A DNA stretch of 64,000 bases from an uncultured Desulfarculus sp. GTDB taxonomy: Bacteria > Desulfobacterota > Desulfarculia > Desulfarculales > Desulfarculaceae. The notes under the pieces are model-generated. The model saw nothing but the letters and a program-made list of their open reading frames with translations, had not been told where the DNA came from and did no database searches. Shown here piece by piece: positions 58,035 to 64,000 of this stretch. Where the stretch lies: contig CAXXUK010000001.1 of the NCBI GenBank assembly GCA_963665125.2, positions 3,232,001-3,296,000 of the forward strand. The letters are read 5' to 3'. The position numbers were made by a program, and so were the translations under genes. Position 1 is the first letter of the stretch. The number at the start of each line of letters is the position of its first letter.

Positions 58035-58507
58035 GTTAACCTCCTTGCGTAATACGTTGATAGTTGCAGGACACACCTGTCCCGTCCGCACAAAATGGCC
58101 ATAATGTACGTTTCCTTAAAAGCACAAAAGCAAGCCGGGGTGCGGCTCGCTTCTGGTGCTATCAAAGCTTATTCTTGCTGATTTTTATCTTGGATAATGA
58201 GGCGATATTTCTGCCTCAAATTATGTATATATTATACTAAAATATGGCCTGTTTGTCAAGATGCAACATGTTTTGATATTCTGCATAGTTAGGCCGGATA
58301 GCAGTTTGTAAAACATGTTTCACGACCGCTTTGGGCATTTTATGATAGCGTCCTTTATCGTTTTTTTAGACATTTTTGCGATTTTAAACCAAACGCATAT
58401 GTTGTCCTACAGTTAACTATTGCTTGTTATTAAATCATTATATTGTAAGGACGATTGCCCGCAGGTTGCCAACTGGCCAACTGTACTTTCGATTGTTTAA
58501 TGTGGAG

Positions 58508-59224
58508 TTAGTTAATTATAACGATTTCAATTTCATCGCAATCTGGTAGTCCTATATCTATGCTGATAATATACTTTTTCCCGCAAATCTGGTATGTGAA
58601 TGCCGACACTTTTGCCAATTCTCTAGTATAATCTGAATATTGAGCTTGTTTAATATTTTTTGGAAATGTCGAATAGCTGTCAATCCTGCCTTGTATTTCA
58701 TTTGTCAAGTCGTTATAGCAACGTTTTCCACTGTTACCATTGATTGCGCCTTTAAGCCAACTTATACTTTCTAATTGATTAAGATACCATGATAGGTTTT
58801 CCTGTGCATAGTCAACTTTTTGCTGCCAGAGGAATGAGGCTTGGGCGTCCGAATTCGTTCGCGATGCTTCATCCTTGATATGATTGTATTTGACCTTTAA
58901 CCGATTTGGATAGTTGTAAAACTTGAAATCAAGTTTTAAGTTTTTGAAACCGTTGTATGCGGAGGCGTCAAGTCGAAAATTTGCCGAAGGAAGCGTATAT
59001 AGCTTTTCCCCTTCATATTCCACTACTTCTCCCTTTCTTGTTACCATTTCCTTTTCGACAAAACCATTTTGCTTTAAAAAGCTGTCGTAGTTGAATGGCT
59101 TTTTATTATATGCGCTTGATATGCCACCTATTATAGTTAGTACGACAAGCCATAAGTACCACCTCTTCCAAAGAGGTTTTTTACTTTTTTTGATTGCATC
59201 ACTTTTATTGTTCTTCATATTCAA
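58508..59224 (-). CDS. AT-rich membrane-anchored hypothetical protein
   Basis: 'KKPLWKRWYLWLVVLTIIG' N-terminal anchor. Confidence 0.65.
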   Translation of the reverse strand: MNMKNNKSDAIKKSKKPLWKRWYLWLVVLTIIGGISSAYNKKPFNYDSFLKQNGFVEKEMVTRKGEVVEYEGEKLYTLPSANFRLDASAYNGFKNLKLDFKFYNYPNRLKVKYNHIKDEASRTNSDAQASFLWQQKVDYAQENLSWYLNQLESISWLKGAINGNSGKRCYNDLTNEIQGRIDSYSTFPKNIKQAQYSDYTRELAKVSAFTYQICGKKYIISIDIGLPDCDEIEIVIIN

Positions 59225-59276
59225 CCTCGCACTTTACAAGCGGCATACTGCTCGGATTAGTTTATTGCCTCAGGTA

Positions 59277-59687
59277 TTAGAAGGTGAATGACTCTATGGC
59301 TTGTTGACTGTATTCATCATCAGGATTTGGGTTTTTCTTAAGAACAACGCATTGGGCGGTTACCTTGCTCCATGCACCAAAGCCGTTTTGAAGCTTGCCA
59401 GGCATATACACAATCCAACGGTCTTTCAATTCTGTCACCCTTTTGCCCGTAGAGAAGACGTCCCAGTCATACCGTGCCATAGCCTTAAACCGGTTCTTGC
59501 AGATCACCCAGGCTTCATCCTCAGTAATGTCCTCGGCGCTACCGCCGAAAAAGAATCCCAAAACTACTAATATGATGACGACAGCTAGGCAGCCAATGGC
59601 TGTTGATGAAGTCTCCTTTTTCTTCTCCTCTTCGCCCTGAGCTTCGTTTTCTTGGTCTGGTGCGCTTGTTTTTTCCTCAGTCGCCAT
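59277..59687 (-). CDS. Single-TM hypothetical protein
   Basis: 'GCLAVVIILVVLGFFF' TM; 'QNGFGA' motif with two flanking Cys; GGAGGG RBS. Confidence 0.7.
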   Translation of the reverse strand: MATEEKTSAPDQENEAQGEEEKKKETSSTAIGCLAVVIILVVLGFFFGGSAEDITEDEAWVICKNRFKAMARYDWDVFSTGKRVTELKDRWIVYMPGKLQNGFGAWSKVTAQCVVLKKNPNPDDEYSQQAIESFTF

Positions 59688-60107
59688 ATTTCTTCCCTCC
59701 CTGGTGTCAGATGCGACTCAACTCAAAATGTGCCCATGATAGACAGCAAGGATGCCAATCACGCCCGTGATGTTCTAATAGACGCTTTGAATAGGCAATA
59801 TATTACCTGAAATAGTGTCGTATTCTCCACTTTCAACCAGGTGCCGCCATCTACCAAAGTTTGTTAAGGAAATAGCCGCACTATGGTGAACGCTTCTGTC
59901 CTGATGGATTGTTTTGGATTAGCTAACTTGTCGATTTGACATGATCGAACCCGCCACCAACTTTGCGCCTCCCCCTGGCAATCGGTTATGCATGTAACAA
60001 ACACCAAGCATTATAGGAATTATGTAGAACATATTGCAAGTTAAATGTTCTATTTACCTGGTTCTAAAGGCAGTTGAGTACCCTTATGCTCCCGAAAGGG
60101 AGTAAAC

Positions 60108-60431
60108 ATGGACGATCTAAAGCATGCATTGGGCCAGAGGATTCTAGAGCTTAGAAGGACGGCTGGGTTGACTCAGGAGCAACTCGCTGAGGTGACTGGC
60201 CTTTCCTTGAAGCATCTTGGAGAGCTTGAGCGGGGCCGCTCCAATCCCACCTTGGCCAGCCTGTATAGCATAGCTACGAGCCTGGGGCTCTCTCTGTCAG
60301 AGCTATTTGATTTCAAGCAGGCCCAGCTCACCCCAGCCAAGAAGAAAAAAGCTCTTCTCGCCATAATCGAAAAAGCCAGCGATGAGGACCGTGAGATGAT
60401 CCATAAGATCATCGTCGCAATCAGGGGGTAG
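60108..60431 (+). CDS. XRE-family HTH regulator (C-protein-like)
   Basis: 'LGQRILELRRTAGLTQEQLAE...LGELERGRSNPTL...IATSLGLSLSELF'. Confidence 0.9.
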   Translation: MDDLKHALGQRILELRRTAGLTQEQLAEVTGLSLKHLGELERGRSNPTLASLYSIATSLGLSLSELFDFKQAQLTPAKKKKALLAIIEKASDEDREMIHKIIVAIRG

Positions 60432-60560
60432 ACGACTAGGATATGCGGGGTCAGGATATACTGAAGGCAGCATGGCCAAATTAAATCTAGAAACTGCTGA
60501 AGTTCCCCTGAAATTGTGGACACCTCGAAAAGCATGATATGAATTGCTTGGAGGTGTTGA

Positions 60561-60857
60561 ATGGGCAACAGACGCAGGAGTTATAGCCGGGAGTTCAAGA
60601 TCGAAGCCGTGGCCTTGGTCACCGAGGGAGGTTTGAGCATTTCCCAGGCGGCCAGGGACCTTGGCATCAGCCAGACCGTGCTGGGCCGCTGGAAGAAGCA
60701 GCTCGAAGCAGACCCTGAGCAGGCCTTCCCAGGCAAGGGCAATTTAAAGCCGCAAGATGAGGAGCTAGCCCATCTGAGACGCGAACTGGCCATTGTACGC
60801 CAGGAGCGTGACATATTAAAAAAAGCCATCGGCATCTTCTCGCGGATGCCAAAATGA
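60561..60857 (+). CDS. IS3 transposase OrfA
   Basis: 'YSREFKIEAV', 'ERDILKKA' containing slippery A AAA AAG. Confidence 0.93.
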   Translation: MGNRRRSYSREFKIEAVALVTEGGLSISQAARDLGISQTVLGRWKKQLEADPEQAFPGKGNLKPQDEELAHLRRELAIVRQERDILKKAIGIFSRMPK

Positions 60858-61717
60858 AGTTTCAGTTCATCAGGGATCAGAGTGAAGGATTCCAGATCAG
60901 GCGTATGTGCCGGATTTTGGAGGTGTCAGCCAGCGGGTACTACGCTTGGCTGAACCGGCCGGAAAGCAGCCGGGCGCGAGAGAACCGGAGGCTCGTTGTC
61001 GAGATCAAGGCCATTCATAAAGAAAATCGTGGCGTGTACGGAAGCCCCCGGATACAGGCGGAACTCAAGGATCGTGAAATCCATGTGAGCGAGAACCGGG
61101 TGGCTCGATTAATGCGCGATAACGGCATCGCTGCCAAGCAGAAGAAAAAGTACAAGGCCACCACGGATTCCAATCACGGCCACCTGGCGGCCCCCAATAT
61201 CCTGGGGCGGGACTTTGAAGCGGACGGCCCTGATCAAAAATGGCTGGCTGATATAACCTACATTCCTACTCGTGAAGGCTGGCTGTACCTGGCGGCCGTC
61301 CTGGATCTTTATTCCAAGCTGATCGTGGGCTGGTCCATGTCAAGCCGCATGACCAAAAAGCTGGTGCTCGATGCGCTGAACATGGCGGTGGACCGGCGGA
61401 AACCTGGGCCTGGGCTGATCCATCATTCAGATCAAGGACGTCAATATGCCAGCAAGGCCTACCGCAAAAAGCTGAAGTCGCACCGCATGATATGCAGCAT
61501 GAGCCGCAAGGGCGACTGCTGGGATAACGCGCCCATGGAAAGCTGGTTTCATTCCCTGAAAACCGAACTGGTGGCGCATAAAGATTATCTGAGCAGGACG
61601 CAGGCCAAGGCTGACATCTTTGAGTACATCGAAGTCTTCTACAACCGCAGCCGCAAACACTCAGCTCTGGGGTACATGAACCCGGCTCAATATGAGATGA
61701 TCAATATGGCTGCTTAA
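60854..61717 (+). CDS. IS3 transposase OrfB (DDE)
   Basis: 'WLADITY', 'HHSDQG', 'DNAPMES'. Confidence 0.95.
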   Translation: MKFQFIRDQSEGFQIRRMCRILEVSASGYYAWLNRPESSRARENRRLVVEIKAIHKENRGVYGSPRIQAELKDREIHVSENRVARLMRDNGIAAKQKKKYKATTDSNHGHLAAPNILGRDFEADGPDQKWLADITYIPTREGWLYLAAVLDLYSKLIVGWSMSSRMTKKLVLDALNMAVDRRKPGPGLIHHSDQGRQYASKAYRKKLKSHRMICSMSRKGDCWDNAPMESWFHSLKTELVAHKDYLSRTQAKADIFEYIEVFYNRSRKHSALGYMNPAQYEMINMAA

Positions 61718-62000
61718 CTACGTGTCCACAAAAATTGGGGAAGATCACTGCCGAACATGATCTCGCCAATTTAGTGCCAAAGGGATATTACGAGATAATC
61801 AGGGTTGCGTGCGTAGCATTAGTTATAGTTTGGTATGAATGAGGTTAAGACGTAGGTTGAGAGAAAGATCGTTATGTCCTGCCTGTAATGGGTTCTGACC
61901 TGTGGGGTACTTCAGCGTACCTTATAATGTTATACCATGAAGTTCCCCTGAAATTGTGGACACCTCGAAAAGCATGATATGAATTGCTTGGAGGTGTTGA

Positions 62001-62297
62001 ATGGGCAACAGACGCAGGAGTTATAGCCGGGAGTTCAAGATTGAAGCCGTGGGCTTGGTCACCGAGGGAAGTTTGAGCATTTCCCAGGCGGCCAGGGACC
62101 TTGGCATCAGCCAGACCGTGCTGGGCCGCTGGAAAAAGCAGTTCGAAGCAGGCCCTGAGCAGGCCTTCCCAGGCAAGGGCAATTTAAAGCCGCAAGATGA
62201 GGAGCTAGCCCATCTGAGACGCGAACTGGCCATTGTACGCCAGGAGCGTGACATATTAAAAAAAGCCATCGGCATCTTCTCGCGGATGCCAAAATGA
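62001..62297 (+). CDS. IS3 transposase OrfA
   Basis: Four substitutions versus copy 1. Confidence 0.93.
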   Translation: MGNRRRSYSREFKIEAVGLVTEGSLSISQAARDLGISQTVLGRWKKQFEAGPEQAFPGKGNLKPQDEELAHLRRELAIVRQERDILKKAIGIFSRMPK

Positions 62298-63157
62298 AGT
62301 TTCAGTTCATCAGGGATCAGAGTGAAGGATTCCAGATCAGGCGTATGTGCCGGATTTTGGAGGTGTCAGCCAGCGGGTACTACGCTTGGCTGAACCGGCC
62401 GGAAAGCAGCCGGGCGCGAGAGAACCGGAGGCTCGTTGTCGAGATCAAGGCCATTCATAAAGAAAATCGTGGCGTGTACGGAAGCCCCCGGATACAGGCG
62501 GAACTCAAGGATCGTGAAATCCATGTGAGCGAGAACCGGGTGGCTCGATTAATGCGCGATAACGGCATCGCTGCCAAGCAGAAGAAAAAGTACAAGGCCA
62601 CCACGGATTCCAATCACGGCCACCTGGCGGCCCCCAATATCCTGGGGCGGGACTTTGAAGCGGACGGCCCTGATCAAAAATGGCTGGCTGATATAACCTA
62701 CATTCCTACTCGTGAAGGCTGGCTGTACCTGGCGGCCGTCCTGGATCTTTATTCCAAGCTGATCGTGGGCTGGTCCATGTCAAGCCGCATGACCAAAAAG
62801 CTGGTGCTCGATGCGCTGAACATGGCGGTGGACCGGCGGAAACCTGGGCCTGGGCTGATCCATCATTCAGATCAAGGACGTCAATATGCCAGCAAGGCCT
62901 ACCGCAAAAAGCTGAAGTCGCACCGCATGATATGCAGCATGAGCCGCAAGGGCGACTGCTGGGATAACGCGCCCATGGAAAGCTGGTTTCATTCCCTGAA
63001 AACCGAACTGGTGGCGCATAAAGATTATCTGAGCAGGACGCAGGCCAAGGCTGACATCTTTGAGTACATCGAAGTCTTCTACAACCGCAGCCGCAAACAC
63101 TCAGCTCTGGGGTACATGAACCCGGCTCAATATGAGATGATCAACATGGCTGCTTAA
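62294..63157 (+). CDS. IS3 transposase OrfB
   Basis: Same protein as copy 1. Confidence 0.95.
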   Translation: MKFQFIRDQSEGFQIRRMCRILEVSASGYYAWLNRPESSRARENRRLVVEIKAIHKENRGVYGSPRIQAELKDREIHVSENRVARLMRDNGIAAKQKKKYKATTDSNHGHLAAPNILGRDFEADGPDQKWLADITYIPTREGWLYLAAVLDLYSKLIVGWSMSSRMTKKLVLDALNMAVDRRKPGPGLIHHSDQGRQYASKAYRKKLKSHRMICSMSRKGDCWDNAPMESWFHSLKTELVAHKDYLSRTQAKADIFEYIEVFYNRSRKHSALGYMNPAQYEMINMAA

Positions 63158-63544
63158 CTACGTGTCCACAAAAATGGGGGAAGATCACCATCCAACATCT
63201 TGATATTTGAAAGACCTCCCTTAATTGGACTATGGTATAGACCTAGCTTGCTTGGACGAATAACTATGGCAGGTATTAAAGCTGGCCTATTGTTCGTATG
63301 GTGCAGTTGAAGTCAGACGGACTTTGTGTGAAATATTGACTGCAATAGGTGATTATCCTATCATAACTGAAAATTCAAAATTGAATCTCCTGCCCTGACC
63401 AGCTAGAACGCAACATTGCGAAAGTACATGTCTTTGTTGATTTATCTCAGATTACTCAATGGCTACGGCCAAATCACTAGGCCCAAAAGTGTGAATGCCA
63501 AAGATTGCTGTATTTTCTGGAGTTAAATTTCAAGGGGGGATATC

Positions 63545-64000
63545 TTGGCCGAGCAAAAAAACGAAAATCAAATTTTCCTCACAGATTCCAACGAGCAGGC
63601 AAAGCAAACTACTGATTTGGTGGTGATCCGAGCACAAATCGGGACAAAAGTAAGCCTAGCTCAGCAGCAACACGACTTTCCTTTTCTTCATGAGCTTGTG
63701 GTCGAAAATTGCGGGGATGTGCCCCTTGAAGAAGTCTCTCTGGAGATTTCGGCTGACCCGGCTTTTATCACCGGTCGCAAATGGATACTGGCCAGTATCC
63801 CATCAGGGGAAAAGCTTCGAATTACCGATTTAGACGTGACTCTTTCCCGTCCTTATTTGGCTGGTCTAATAGAATCACAAAGGGCTTCCGTGACAATTGT
63901 GGCCACGAGCGATGGCCAGAATGCGGGCTCTTGGACGCAATCAGTTAGGATATTGACACCAGAAGAATGGGGAGGACTCAGTCACCTGCCAGACCTTACA
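63545..64000 (+). CDS. N-terminus of a probable DUF4011/DUF3320 helicase-nuclease (Hhe-like); truncated by window end
   Basis: Not in ORF track; TTG after AAGGGGGGA; open to end: 'VSLAQQQHDFPFLHELVVEN...LEISADPAF...WILASIPSG...YLAGLIES...EEWGGLSHLPDL'. Confidence 0.65.
   Translation, partial: MAEQKNENQIFLTDSNEQAKQTTDLVVIRAQIGTKVSLAQQQHDFPFLHELVVENCGDVPLEEVSLEISADPAFITGRKWILASIPSGEKLRITDLDVTLSRPYLAGLIESQRASVTIVATSDGQNAGSWTQSVRILTPEEWGGLSHLPDLT

Larger units (their letters stand above)
60498..61747 (+). mobile_element. IS3-family element, copy 1
   Basis: TG...CA ends, IRs TGAAGTTCCCCTGAAATTGTGGACAC / GTGTCCACAAAAATTGGGGAAGATCA; TSD CTGC. Confidence 0.95.
60469..61840 (+). pseudogene. Degenerate Fic-HTH C-terminal remnant split by IS3
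   Basis: GCATGGCCAA...GAAACTGC [IS3] CGAACATGATCTCGCC...CGTAGCATTAGTTATAGTTTGGT matches ~30347-30460. Confidence 0.65.
61938..63187 (+). mobile_element. IS3-family element, copy 2
   Basis: Near-identical to copy 1; TSD CCA. Confidence 0.95.
14927..64000. mobile_element. Composite genomic island / tandem array integrated at tRNA-Phe (right end outside window)
   Basis: tRNA 3' fragment at left border, shift to patchy AT-richer DNA, TA, Fic, defence genes, recombinases, ISs. Confidence 0.85.

Noticed and set aside
1..64000. CRISPR array or cas genes
   Set aside because: No regularly spaced short repeats with unique spacers seen; repeats present are gene-scale or att modules.

Overview
Two-part window, probably from a GC-rich sulfate-reducing deltaproteobacterium (Desulfobacterota-like; inferred from gene style only). 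Bases 1-14900 are core-like chromosome: Cache protein, CPA2 K+/H+ antiporter, secreted C-N hydrolase, EAL/HDOD protein, two small Cys-rich secreted paralogs, typA, OM beta-barrel, a CTAG-flanked MITE-like element, an rhlE-like helicase and three tandem RRM genes sharing a promoter and a structured 5' leader. From 14927 onward is a composite genomic island whose left end is the displaced 3' half of tRNA-Phe(GAA). The same ~170-bp end module recurs at 26080 and 35351, splitting the island into at least three tandem units. Units 1 and 2 share a ~2.9-kb RHH/RelE + MNT/HEPN + Fic head but carry different cargo. Unit 1 holds a tRNA-Sec 3' fragment, an NDT/TIR-like-HEAT gene, a GT2 gene and a Xer-like recombinase; unit 2 holds Fic-HTH, two SDRs and a membrane protein. 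Unit 3 is a defence cluster: a Ppl-like PHP-ATPase, then a four-gene operon (DEAD helicase-DUF1998-nuclease, SNF2, N6-adenine MTase, SMC/ABC-3C-like ATPase) resembling a non-canonical DISARM joined to a Lamassu-type ATPase, and the start of a DUF4011/DUF3320-like helicase. Six full IS copies are present (3 IS481, 1 IS5, 2 IS3), and both tyrosine recombinases are split by IS insertions. All family calls come from motif recognition by eye; no database search was run.
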